From an uncultured Leptospirales bacterium (GTDB lineage: Bacteria > Spirochaetota > UBA4802 > UBA5550): a DNA stretch of 64,000 bases. The DNA lies in the NCBI GenBank assembly GCA_964534225.1, contig CAZHNW010000007.1, forward strand, positions 1,432 to 65,431, given 5' to 3'. The position numbers were made by a program, and so were the translations under genes. Positions 49,102 to 58,155 of the stretch are shown piece after piece (position 1 is the stretch's first letter; every line of letters begins with the position of its first letter). The notes beneath the pieces are model-generated. The model was not told the origin of the DNA and did not search any database. It saw only the letters and a list, made by a program, of their open reading frames with translations.

Positions 49102-50451
49102 TTAATCTTTAAATAGGCGGTCGATAAAATCTGTCAGATCAAGAAAGGTGTTCACCTCTTTCATCTCTGTACAGTATTTCTGGTAGAGTGTGGCAAGGGA
49201 ATCTGACCAGTCCCAGAGATGCTTTTTATCGGGGTTGAGCCAGAAAAGATTGCGGCTTGATTCTTTCATTTTTATAAATGATTCAAGGCCGGGGTCCTGG
49301 TTGTTGTTTCGCCCGTCTCCCAGTATGAGAATCGTTGTTTTATGGTTGAGGGAATCGCTGTGGTTGGTAATGAACTGGTCAAAGGATTGACCGTAGTTGC
49401 TGCCCCAGCCATAGGTAAAGTTGGTGTCTTCGAAAATGGAGTTGATGGCCCTTTCCGGGTCCATTTCCATGAAAAGGTCTGTTATCTCTACGAGCTGGCT
49501 GATAAAGGCAAAGGTCCTCACCTTGGAGAAAAGGCTCTGCAGGGTGTGGGTAAGAAGAAGCATGAATCGTGTATACTGGCTCACAGAGCCAGAAACATCA
49601 CAGAGTACTACTACCTGGGGGCGGTCAATGCGGCGGTCCCTGTGGTAGATTTTGAAGGGGATACCGTCGAAGCGAAGTGATGTGCGCAGGGTGCGCTTGA
49701 TGTCTATGCCGCCGTGTTTCAGCTTTTTTTTCCGCAGGGATATCCTGTTTTTCAGTTTCTGGCCGAAACGGTGTATGAGAAAGCGCATTTCCTTGATTTC
49801 TTCAGGGGTGAGCTGGTGTATGTTGCGGTTGAAGAGAAAGTCTTCTCTCTCTTTTATCTCGGTCCCGACACGGTGTTTCTCACGGCGGTTCTGTACCATT
49901 TCCAGGAGGATGTTCCCGTGAGCCTCGAGGTCTTCATCTTCGGCCTCGCCTGCCGGCCCCTGGCGGGCGTCTCTCTGCATGATGAAACTGCGCGCCATGG
50001 AAAAGAGGTTGCCCATTCCCCCGCCGCCGCTTGATTCCTGCTCCTCCATTTCGTCGAGGAAGAGGGCGAGCAGGTCCTGAGGAGGTGCACTGAAAAGTTC
50101 ATCATGGGCCTGGAGTTCCATCCATTCATCAAGGAGTTTTTCGAACTGTTCCATTTCCTCAGGGGTGAAGAGGGCCTTTTCGGGTGCCGCCGTAAGTGCC
50201 TGCAGGGCTTCAACTTCCCCCCCCTTTTCAAAAAAGGCGGTGAAACATTCTTCGAAAACAGGGATGTCTGTATAGTCTTTTATGAGGGTTGTCTGGAGGG
50301 CCTGTCGGAAGACGTCACGGTCCTGGAGGGATACCTCGTTTATCGCCGAAAAGACCTGAAGGACCTCGTCGGTGGATATGGAAACAGAGGCGTCCCTGAG
50401 TATATCAATGAAATCGTAGAGGCGTCTGTAAAGGGGAGGGGTGTTTTTCAT
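49102..50451 (-). CDS. VWA-domain protein, CoxE-like family
   Basis: C-terminal VWA with MIDAS DxSGS (VVVLCDVSGSVSQYTRFML); N-terminal helical region typical of VWA_CoxE. Confidence 0.75.
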   Translation of the reverse strand: MKNTPPLYRRLYDFIDILRDASVSISTDEVLQVFSAINEVSLQDRDVFRQALQTTLIKDYTDIPVFEECFTAFFEKGGEVEALQALTAAPEKALFTPEEMEQFEKLLDEWMELQAHDELFSAPPQDLLALFLDEMEEQESSGGGGMGNLFSMARSFIMQRDARQGPAGEAEDEDLEAHGNILLEMVQNRREKHRVGTEIKEREDFLFNRNIHQLTPEEIKEMRFLIHRFGQKLKNRISLRKKKLKHGGIDIKRTLRTSLRFDGIPFKIYHRDRRIDRPQVVVLCDVSGSVSQYTRFMLLLTHTLQSLFSKVRTFAFISQLVEITDLFMEMDPERAINSIFEDTNFTYGWGSNYGQSFDQFITNHSDSLNHKTTILILGDGRNNNQDPGLESFIKMKESSRNLFWLNPDKKHLWDWSDSLATLYQKYCTEMKEVNTFLDLTDFIDRLFKD

Positions 50452-50458
50452 TGTCTTT

Positions 50459-51367
50459 TCAGTTAATGAATATTTTCCCCGCGTTGTTTTTTACCAGTTC
50501 GATGTCTTTTTCATATTTCAGTATGCAGTTGAGGGTGTCCATGGCCACGTCACGGCCGATTTCGTCCTGGCCGAGGATTACCAGGGCGCGGGCCCAGTCG
50601 AGTGTTTCGCTGATGCTCGGCTCCTTTTTCAGCTTTAATTCACGGATCTTGTGTACCATGCGGACAATGTCATTGACCAGCTTTTCGTTGCAGTCAGGAA
50701 CCTTGAGGCTGACGATGCGTTCCTCAAGATCGCGTGTCGGGTAATTGATGTAGAGGTGCAGGCAGCGTCGTTTCAGGGCGTCTGACATCTCACGGGCGTT
50801 GTTGGAGGTGAGTATCACAAAGGGTTTTTCCCTGGCGGAAATAGTGCCGATTTCAGGTATGGTGACCTGGAAATCTGAGAGGACTTCGAGGAGAAATGCC
50901 TCAAACTCTGAATCTGACTTATCGATTTCATCGATGAGAAGGACCGAGGATTTTTCACTGGTAATAGACTTGAGTATGGGGCGGGGCATGAGAAATTTTT
51001 CTGAAAAAAAGACATCTTCTTCGGTTGAGAGCCGTGCCACGGCAGAGCTCATTGTCTCCTCTTCGGCCATCAGGGCGGAGAGCTTGTCCTTCAGTATCTG
51101 CGTGTAGAGGAGCTGCTTGGCATATTCCCACTCGTAGAGGGCCTTGGCTTCGTCGAGCCCTTCGTAGCACTGCATGCGTATCAGTTCCATCCCCAGGGCG
51201 CTGGCAACGCATTTGCCCAGTTCTGTTTTGCCTACACCTGCAGGGCCTTCTACCAGTACCGGTTTTTCCATTTTCATGGCGAGGTAGACGGTGGTGGCAA
51301 TTTCCTTTGAAGCGATGTATTGTTCCTTTGCCAGTGCCGCGATGGCGCTTTCTACATCTTTAAACAT
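50459..51367 (-). CDS. MoxR-family AAA+ ATPase (CoxD-like)
   Basis: Walker A GPAGVGKT, Walker B LLIDEID, sensor/arginine-finger region; AGGTGA RBS. Confidence 0.85.
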   Translation of the reverse strand: MFKDVESAIAALAKEQYIASKEIATTVYLAMKMEKPVLVEGPAGVGKTELGKCVASALGMELIRMQCYEGLDEAKALYEWEYAKQLLYTQILKDKLSALMAEEETMSSAVARLSTEEDVFFSEKFLMPRPILKSITSEKSSVLLIDEIDKSDSEFEAFLLEVLSDFQVTIPEIGTISAREKPFVILTSNNAREMSDALKRRCLHLYINYPTRDLEERIVSLKVPDCNEKLVNDIVRMVHKIRELKLKKEPSISETLDWARALVILGQDEIGRDVAMDTLNCILKYEKDIELVKNNAGKIFIN

Positions 51368-51490
51368 TTTTCACCTGCCCTGATTCGCTTACTCTCCGGT
51401 CTCCGTATGGGTTTTTGAAGGCCTGAGAACAGCCAAACAGGATGGGCGTATTTTGCAAGTATATTATGGCAAATATATTGTTTTTCCCGG

Positions 51491-52444
51491 TTACCGGGGT
51501 TTGCCCAGGGATTGCAAAAATTTAAGGTCAAGGAGACGTTCTTTCAGGTCATCGGTGAGCCGGTCCATGGCACTGTTACCTGTTTCCTTGATTTTGCGCA
51601 TGGAAGTGACAAGGGCATTAAAATCTGTCGCTCCTCCTTCGAGTTTCCTGCCTGCCTTCATGTCTTCGAAATGACGTTCTGTCGTGGCCTTCTGTTCTGC
51701 CAGCAAATCTTTGAGAATCACCTTTTCTACGGGAGGCTCGCCCAGGACAGCCTGCATCTGGTTATTAAGGTAGAGCATGCTCCCGATGTATGATTCCATG
51801 ATAAGGTCTCTTTCGAGAGTGCTGAGAACAGCAATGGAACGGCGCAGGTTGCGGCCTTCACATTGTATGATCATTGATCCAGGTATCTCGAGATTTCGGA
51901 GAATAAGGCGTCCGTGGTCGATAGTGTTGAGGCTTTCCATCTCAAGGTTTTTGATGTGGTCTTTTTCGATGTGAGACGAGGGGAGAACGATGAGTGAATC
52001 TATTTTTTCATCGCGGCTTTTTCGTGCGGTAATGAAAATAACGTCTGCAGTAAGGCCCCCGGTGATATATTTTTTTGTTCCCGATAAAAGGCAGGTGCCG
52101 GATGGGGTCTCCTGGATGATTACGGGATCATCTGCCGGTTCACTGTGGGCGAGGGCGCCGATGCGGGAGGGACCGAAGTCTGCGGGGAGTGCCATTTTGT
52201 TTTCTTTTGTATCCTCGCAGAGTTCCACGAGGCGATGGATAAGGATTGTCTGAACGATCCAGAGAATAGCCAGGCCCATGTCACCACAGTCACGGCTGAG
52301 AACAAGATGGGGTTCCTTTTCTTTCAGTGTTTCGATAGTGGGGGGGAAGTGCCTGCTGATTTCTTTCCAGAGATGGAGCAGGCGGTTTTCACCGCTAAAA
52401 CGGTGGTGAAAAGACGATTCTATGTCGGTTAGCAGGTTTTTCAT
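51491..52444 (-). CDS. acyl-CoA dehydrogenase-fold protein, short (317 aa)
   Basis: ACAD middle-domain signature (GALAHSEPADDPVIIQETPSGTCLLSGTKKYITGGLTADVIFITARKS); length shorter than typical ACADs; AAGAGG RBS. Confidence 0.6.
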   Translation of the reverse strand: MKNLLTDIESSFHHRFSGENRLLHLWKEISRHFPPTIETLKEKEPHLVLSRDCGDMGLAILWIVQTILIHRLVELCEDTKENKMALPADFGPSRIGALAHSEPADDPVIIQETPSGTCLLSGTKKYITGGLTADVIFITARKSRDEKIDSLIVLPSSHIEKDHIKNLEMESLNTIDHGRLILRNLEIPGSMIIQCEGRNLRRSIAVLSTLERDLIMESYIGSMLYLNNQMQAVLGEPPVEKVILKDLLAEQKATTERHFEDMKAGRKLEGGATDFNALVTSMRKIKETGNSAMDRLTDDLKERLLDLKFLQSLGKPR

Positions 52445-52668
52445 CAGTCAGAGCCTCTTATGTATTTTTCAATAAAATAATAAATGCTGTTCAGCACCCC
52501 TTCGGGGGGATGGGGGGACGACCGGAATCAGTTAATGCTCACACAGTCATGATAATAGTATCAGGGATTTCCATGACGAAATCAAGTTAAATTTTTATGA
52601 TGTCAATTGATTGCCTCTGTTGCCGTAATTTTGTGTAAGTTCAAAAACCAACCAGACGGTTTTTTCAC

Positions 52669-52697
52669 TTGACAGTGTTATATTTATGGGATATATC
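52669..52697 (+). promoter_or_regulatory. sigma70-type promoter TTGACA-17-TATATC for CocE-family hydrolase gene
   Basis: hexamers and spacer counted from sequence; ~125 nt upstream of ATG 52825. Confidence 0.5.
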
Positions 52698-52713
52698 TCC
52701 AGCCAGCAGGTAT

Positions 52714-52804
52714 TAGAGTTGTTGCAAATCCCGGGGAAAGGAATAACCGCGCCGCCTGCGGTGAGGCGGATATGTCACACCCTGTCAGTTATGCAACAAC
52801 TCTA
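52714..52804 (+). promoter_or_regulatory. structured 5' leader: 13-bp perfect long-range inverted repeat (TAGAGTTGTTGCA ... TGCAACAACTCTA) enclosing ~65 nt that contains a second 6-bp hairpin (CCGCCT-gcggtg-AGGCGG); candidate cis-regulatory RNA just 5' of the GGGGAGGG RBS
   Basis: read from sequence. Confidence 0.45.
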
Positions 52805-52824
52805 TCTACCAAGGGGAGGGTAAC

Positions 52825-55236
52825 ATGAAAAAGGGAAGACTCATCGTACTATTACTGCTGGTATTCTCTGTTTCCACTGTTATTTCAGGAAACATCAGTG
52901 CCGGTGAACTCGGTGACAGCGAAGGTCTTATTTTGCGGCAAAAACTTGCAGAAAAAGGAATTATAAATTTTAAACTCGATCTCAATGTGCGGGTACCTGT
53001 GCCGGCCAACGCGGGGTGTAAAGCCCTTGATCTCTGGGGCACACTGATAAGGCCCTCGGGGGGAGAGAAACTTCCTACCATACTTGTGGCGACACCTTAC
53101 CGAAGAGAAATTTTTTCAATCATCTATGCCGCTTTAATAAATTACGGCTACAACCTTTTTCTCGTGGATATTCGGGGTACCGGGTCATCTGAGGGTGCAT
53201 GGACTTCCTTTGACCTTATTGAACATTATGATACGGCTCATGTTGTTGATAAATTTATCCCCGCACAGTCATGGTCTGACGGCAGGGTGGGGATGATTGG
53301 CCCTTCTTACATGGCAATCATTCAAATGCTTGCAGCGGGGCTTATTGAACGCAATGAAACAACGGGGGAACCGACACACCTGAAGGCCCTTTTTCCCCTT
53401 GTTCCCATGAGTGATCCCTACCGCGACATTGTTCTTCACGGCGGTAATGTTGACCTTGAGTTCATTCCCCTCTGGCTTGGCATGGTTGATATCCTGGGAG
53501 CGCTTCCCTCACTTTTGATGCTGGGAGAGGAAGGCCTCGCCACTGAGTCTGATTTCAATGAGGCCATGGATGCATGGACGGGGCATCTTACCAATATCGA
53601 TGACACCATCGGTTGGATACTTGACCTGAACAACAGTATTGACGGCCCATTTTTTGACAAGAAAAGCCCCATGATCTACTGGCCCGATAAACCTGAAGGG
53701 GGATGGGGATTCGTTGAGGGTGAAAAGGTGATTCCCTCGAAACTTCCTGTTTTTATGCTCGGGGGATGGTTTGATATCTTTACCCGCGGCACCCTGAACA
53801 ACTACCAGTATGGGCTGAAGAACCATGCCGTTACCGACAAGGCCCTTGTGGTAGGCGAACTCTATCACCTTGGGGGCTCCCTGGGAATGGGGCTCTCCTG
53901 TATCATGGATATGGCCCTGCCGGCACGATGGTTTGACTGGAAGATCAAGGGCAAGAGGGATTCATTCATGGAAAAATTCCCGGTCATGCTCTATGTCATG
54001 GGAGAAAACAGGTGGCGCGCCGAGAAATCATGGCCCCTGCCGGCAGACCGTGTAAGTGAAAGGCGTTTCTACCTTTCAAAGGCAGAGGCTTCAGTGATTT
54101 CAGGTGACTGGTTTACCGCGGACAGCAGTAATATTCTTCTTTCCCTGACAGAGAATCTCAGTAATGTAGATTTAAGCAGTGTCAATCCGATTCTCAAACA
54201 TGAACCCCATAAGCTGAAGTATCACGGCCTTACCTCCCGTTCATCGAGCAGGTGGCTCATGGGAATTCCCGCCCTTTTTTCCCAGTTCAGCAAGCACTTC
54301 ATGGGAAATGATATCAACGCGGCAATGCCCTTTGAGGATGAACGATCCGATGAATCAGGTGCTCTCACCTTTACGACTGAGCCTCTACAGGAAGATCTCG
54401 AAATCGCTGGACCCATGGTGCTCAGGTTCTGGGCAAGGACAGATTTTACCAATGACTTCTACCAGTGGATCATCTCTTCCCTTGTTGAGGATACACAGGA
54501 TCTTCTCGGTTTCGACACCACCATGCTTGACGGCAAAATGCTTGAGTGGACCGTGCAGTGGGTTGTTGAAGTCAATGATGTCTTTTCCGACGGAAGGGCA
54601 CGAAACATTACCTCGGGATGGCTCAATGCTACGCACAGGCAGTATGACCCTGATGAGCTGAGTATTACAACTGAACACGCCCTTGATCCAGGGTATACCC
54701 CCTTTGATCCCTTTTATGACAGGCCTGACCGTGAGCCCTGCGAGATAGAAGAGGGTGAACTCTATCAGTATGCCGTGGAGATTTGGCCTACCTGTAATGT
54801 CTTTAAAAAGGGGCATCGTGTCAGGCTCAGTATTTCCAATTCTGATTTCCCTCACCTGCTTCCTGTTGTGAGGCCTTCTGCCAATACCATTGTTATTGAT
54901 GATGAACATCTTGCCACCCTTGATTTTACCGGGGTCAACAAAGAAAATGAGGGTTCAACCTGGAAATGGATTGATTCTCCTTCTACATACCTGATGACTC
55001 ACCGCGACAGGTCACTCTATGTGCCTTCTGAGGACAGTGACGATGAAGACAGTGAAACTGAAGAAACAATTGTTCAGGAAACAACCGGCGAGGATTATGT
55101 CAGCGGATGTGCATCTCCTGCCGAGGCGTCATGGTCTTCGGGATCTGTTGCGGGAATGAATCTCGGTGCTTTTCTCGAGTTGATACTCTTTCCCTTCTTT
55201 ATGGTTTTTGTGACCAGGCTGATAAGAAGACGGTAA
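52825..55236 (+). CDS. CocE/NonD family hydrolase (peptidase S15, X-Pro dipeptidyl-peptidase-like) with acidic Ser/Asp/Glu-rich linker and C-terminal TM anchor + RRR tail
   Basis: signal peptide; alpha/beta hydrolase N-domain (PYRREIF...DIRGTGSSEG), large C-terminal beta-sandwich; C-terminal LELILFPFFMVFVTRLIRRR. Confidence 0.8.
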   Translation: MKKGRLIVLLLLVFSVSTVISGNISAGELGDSEGLILRQKLAEKGIINFKLDLNVRVPVPANAGCKALDLWGTLIRPSGGEKLPTILVATPYRREIFSIIYAALINYGYNLFLVDIRGTGSSEGAWTSFDLIEHYDTAHVVDKFIPAQSWSDGRVGMIGPSYMAIIQMLAAGLIERNETTGEPTHLKALFPLVPMSDPYRDIVLHGGNVDLEFIPLWLGMVDILGALPSLLMLGEEGLATESDFNEAMDAWTGHLTNIDDTIGWILDLNNSIDGPFFDKKSPMIYWPDKPEGGWGFVEGEKVIPSKLPVFMLGGWFDIFTRGTLNNYQYGLKNHAVTDKALVVGELYHLGGSLGMGLSCIMDMALPARWFDWKIKGKRDSFMEKFPVMLYVMGENRWRAEKSWPLPADRVSERRFYLSKAEASVISGDWFTADSSNILLSLTENLSNVDLSSVNPILKHEPHKLKYHGLTSRSSSRWLMGIPALFSQFSKHFMGNDINAAMPFEDERSDESGALTFTTEPLQEDLEIAGPMVLRFWARTDFTNDFYQWIISSLVEDTQDLLGFDTTMLDGKMLEWTVQWVVEVNDVFSDGRARNITSGWLNATHRQYDPDELSITTEHALDPGYTPFDPFYDRPDREPCEIEEGELYQYAVEIWPTCNVFKKGHRVRLSISNSDFPHLLPVVRPSANTIVIDDEHLATLDFTGVNKENEGSTWKWIDSPSTYLMTHRDRSLYVPSEDSDDEDSETEETIVQETTGEDYVSGCASPAEASWSSGSVAGMNLGAFLELILFPFFMVFVTRLIRRR

Positions 55237-55318
55237 GATAACGTATCTGCCCCAAATGTAAAGAGGCAGTCGTTTTGATTGTCCTTCTTTTACTTCCTTG
55301 ATAGTTTTATAACTCGTA

Positions 55319-55350
55319 CCCCGGGAGGAAACCTCCCGGGGATTCTTTTT
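55319..55350 (+). terminator. intrinsic terminator CCCCGGGAGG-aaa-CCTCCCGGGG followed by T-run
   Basis: 10-bp GC-rich perfect stem ~85 nt after CocE stop. Confidence 0.75.
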
Positions 55351-55485
55351 ATGCGGGTGCCGGCAATAATGAAATGGTATGCTTTTCTTGTTTTATTTCT
55401 TGAAAAAAAATGGTGATGCCGGGAGAGAGGGGAATTTATTGACAAAAAACAGAGAGTATGCGAGGATTCAGGCAGTCTTTACCAG

Positions 55486-55794
55486 ATGTATCGTACTGAT
55501 GGTTCGACCATTGAACGTGTACCTGTTGCCGATGGAGTCGAATATAATAATGCAGGCAACTACCTGCAAGCTGTTCGATGTGGCAATGAGATTTATTTTG
55601 TCGGCTACAGCGGGAGCGAATATGGCCTCTATTATATATCACTGGATAACGGCACAATTCATGTCACTGGAATAAGTGATGTTGACTACAGTTATCGTTA
55701 TCCAATAGCTCCTGATGATGATACAGTTGTTTATTTCGACACTTTGAATTCAGAGCATGTCATCCTGAAACGGGAGACAGGGGGTGATGAATAA
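55486..55794 (+). CDS. small beta-rich hypothetical protein or gene remnant (102 aa), in AT-rich islet
   Basis: ORF without RBS; beta-propeller-blade-like text (IYFVGYSGSEYGLYYISLDNGTIHV); flanked by hairpins. Confidence 0.3.
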   Translation: MYRTDGSTIERVPVADGVEYNNAGNYLQAVRCGNEIYFVGYSGSEYGLYYISLDNGTIHVTGISDVDYSYRYPIAPDDDTVVYFDTLNSEHVILKRETGGDE

Positions 55795-55801
55795 CCGTGG
55801 T

Positions 55802-55843
55802 CATGTAATGCAGCAGCCATTCGAATAGTTGCTGCATTACATG
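55802..55843. terminator. 14-bp perfect inverted repeat CATGTAATGCAGCA-(14 nt)-TGCTGCATTACATG after small ORF; terminator-like or binding site
   Basis: read from sequence. Confidence 0.4.
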
Positions 55844-55959
55844 ATGTATCCGTTTATTTATTGCATTGTCAACTAATTCATGATACAATACAGGAACATG
55901 ATCCGCATCATAGTCTCCGGTCATGCAGTAGCGAATATTTCCCAAAACCAGGAGATTGC

Positions 55960-56811
55960 ATGAGAAGATTAAAAGTAATTCCCGCCTGTTTAATTCTTTG
56001 TTTTCTACTTCCCCTTACCTGTACACGCAGGGGAGATACCCTTGCAAAAATAATACAGGAAAAGAAAGTCGTTATCGGCATCGCCAATGAAATCCCTTAT
56101 GGATACAAGGATACTGACGGAGCGGTAAAGGGTGAGGCGCCGGATATTGCACGTTTCGTTTGCGGGAAAATGGGGGTAGATGGAATCAGGACCGTTGTGA
56201 CTGAATTCGGTTCCCTTATCCCGGGACTCAAGGCGGGGCGTTTTGATATCATCGCAGCAGGTATGTATATCACGCCGAAAAGATGCAGGCAGATACTCTT
56301 TTCACGACCCACCTACAGTATCGGTGAAAGTTTCCTGGTAAAGAAGGGCAACCCTCTCAGACTGCACAGTTATGATGATGTCATTAAAAATCCCCGGGTG
56401 CGCCTTGGCGTGATGGCAGGGGCGGTTGAGTACGGATATGCAAGAGATACAGGGGTTCCCCAAAAGCGTATCGTTGTCTTTCCTGATAATTTCAGCGGCC
56501 TCGCCGGCGTGCAGAGCGGGAGAATAGATGCCTTTGCCGGGACAAGCCTGACCATTGCAAAACTGTCCCGGAAGGGGCATGGCGTTGAAATGGTAATGAA
56601 ATTCAGGGATCCGGTTATTAACAATAAAAAGGTAAGGGGATACGGCGCTTTCGGTTTTCGTAAAAATGATAAAAAACTGCAAAAACGATTCAATGAAATC
56701 CTGAACAGTTTTCTTGGAACAGCCCGGCATATCAAGATGGTCAAAAAATACGGTTTTACCAGGGCCAACCTTCCCGGCAGCGTTACCACGGAGGAACTTT
56801 GCGGCAGGTAA
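55960..56811 (+). CDS. ABC transporter substrate-binding lipoprotein, polar amino-acid family 3 (start at ATG 55960 with AGGAG RBS; ORF-track 55861 extension rejected)
   Basis: lipobox LTC; SBP_bac_3-like sequence, operon with two permeases and ATPase. Confidence 0.8.
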   Translation: MRRLKVIPACLILCFLLPLTCTRRGDTLAKIIQEKKVVIGIANEIPYGYKDTDGAVKGEAPDIARFVCGKMGVDGIRTVVTEFGSLIPGLKAGRFDIIAAGMYITPKRCRQILFSRPTYSIGESFLVKKGNPLRLHSYDDVIKNPRVRLGVMAGAVEYGYARDTGVPQKRIVVFPDNFSGLAGVQSGRIDAFAGTSLTIAKLSRKGHGVEMVMKFRDPVINNKKVRGYGAFGFRKNDKKLQKRFNEILNSFLGTARHIKMVKKYGFTRANLPGSVTTEELCGR

Positions 56812-56815
56812 AATA

Positions 56816-57475
56816 ATGGATGGGCTTAAAAGCTACATACCCCTTATGGCCCAGGGCCTGCTGCAGACCATTCTCGTTCTGGTCCTTGCGGCACTGCTGG
56901 CGTCTTTCATGTCTTTTTCCGCAGGGCTTGCAAGGCTTTCCCGTCGAAAAATTATCAGTATCTCCGCCCTGGTCTATGTTGAATTTTTCAGGGGCACATC
57001 AGCCCTTGTTCAGCTTTTCTGGATTTTTTTTGTCCTTCCCGTTCTGGGTATTGAACTCTCTCCCCTTTTTGCCGCTGTTGTTGCACTTGGGCTGAATATC
57101 GGGGCATATGGTGCCGAGGTGGTGCGGGGGGCAATTGTTGCTGTTCCCAGGAGCCAGTATGAAACGGCACGGGCCTTTAATTTTACTGATTACCAGATGA
57201 TGAGGTATATTATTGTCCCCCAGGCCCTGGTGGCGATGATTCCCCCTTTTGGGAATCTTTTTATTGAGCTGCTCAAGGCAACATCCCTTGTTTCTCTTAT
57301 CACAGTTGCTGACCTGACCTACAACAGCAAGCTGCTTATAGCAAATACACTCAATACAGGGGAAATATTTTTTGTTGTTCTTCTGATCTATTTTTTTCTT
57401 GCACAGGTCATTAATTATACGATGAAAGCGGTTGAGCGGCGCATGTCTTTCGGCCTGGACCGGGGAGGGCTTTAG
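56816..57475 (+). CDS. amino-acid ABC transporter permease (His/Glu/Gln/Arg/opine family)
   Basis: EAA-like loop and polar amino-acid permease N-terminal signature; start just after SBP stop. Confidence 0.8.
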   Translation: MDGLKSYIPLMAQGLLQTILVLVLAALLASFMSFSAGLARLSRRKIISISALVYVEFFRGTSALVQLFWIFFVLPVLGIELSPLFAAVVALGLNIGAYGAEVVRGAIVAVPRSQYETARAFNFTDYQMMRYIIVPQALVAMIPPFGNLFIELLKATSLVSLITVADLTYNSKLLIANTLNTGEIFFVVLLIYFFLAQVINYTMKAVERRMSFGLDRGGL

Positions 57476-57479
57476 AACC

Positions 57480-58148
57480 ATGACGTGGAGCTGGGAATAT
57501 GCACTGAAGATTTTTCCGAATATTCTCGAGGCGGGACTCGTTACCCTTCAGGCTACCATGGCCGGGACGGCACTGGCTGTTGTGGCAGGTCTTGTCTTTG
57601 CCCTTTTGCGCCGGTCTCCACGCTGGCTGGTCCGAAAGCCGGCACAGTCACTGGTTGAATTTTTCAGATCTACTCCCCTGCTGGTACAGATATATTTTCT
57701 CTACTATGTTTTTCCAGAGTTCGGTATAAAGATGACCCCCTTTGCCACCGGAACTATTGCCCTGGGTATACATTTCGGGAGTTACATGTCGGAAGTTTAC
57801 CGCAGCGGCATAGAGGGCATTCCGCGGGGGCAATGGGAGGCGGCCCTTGCCCTTGATCTTTCAAAGTTTCGCCTTTACCGCGATGTCATTCTGCCCCAGG
57901 CACTGCCGCCGGTTATTCCCGCACTGGGCAACTATGTAATCGCCATGTTCAAGGAAACACCGCAGCTTTCTGCAATCACCGTTCTTGAAATGCTGCAGGT
58001 GGCCAAGATTATCGGCTCAGAAGAGTTCAGGTACCTGGAGCCGGTGACAATCGTGGGAATTCTCTTTCTCGGTATCAGCCTTGTTGCGGCGTATGGAATT
58101 AAGGCCATGGAGAAAAAACTTCCCCCCGAGGGGATACCGCTGAGGTAG
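57480..58148 (+). CDS. amino-acid ABC transporter permease, second subunit
   Basis: paralogous to upstream permease; GGGGAGGG RBS. Confidence 0.8.
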   Translation: MTWSWEYALKIFPNILEAGLVTLQATMAGTALAVVAGLVFALLRRSPRWLVRKPAQSLVEFFRSTPLLVQIYFLYYVFPEFGIKMTPFATGTIALGIHFGSYMSEVYRSGIEGIPRGQWEAALALDLSKFRLYRDVILPQALPPVIPALGNYVIAMFKETPQLSAITVLEMLQVAKIIGSEEFRYLEPVTIVGILFLGISLVAAYGIKAMEKKLPPEGIPLR

Positions 58149-58155
58149 CAGTGAA

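Noticed and set aside
55861-55959. N-terminal extension of ABC substrate-binding protein ORF
   Set aside because: Real start is ATG 55960 preceded by AGGAG and followed by a lipoprotein signal peptide.
56302-56789. minus-strand ORFs 56302..56730 and 56370..56789
   Set aside because: Antisense to the ABC substrate-binding protein gene.
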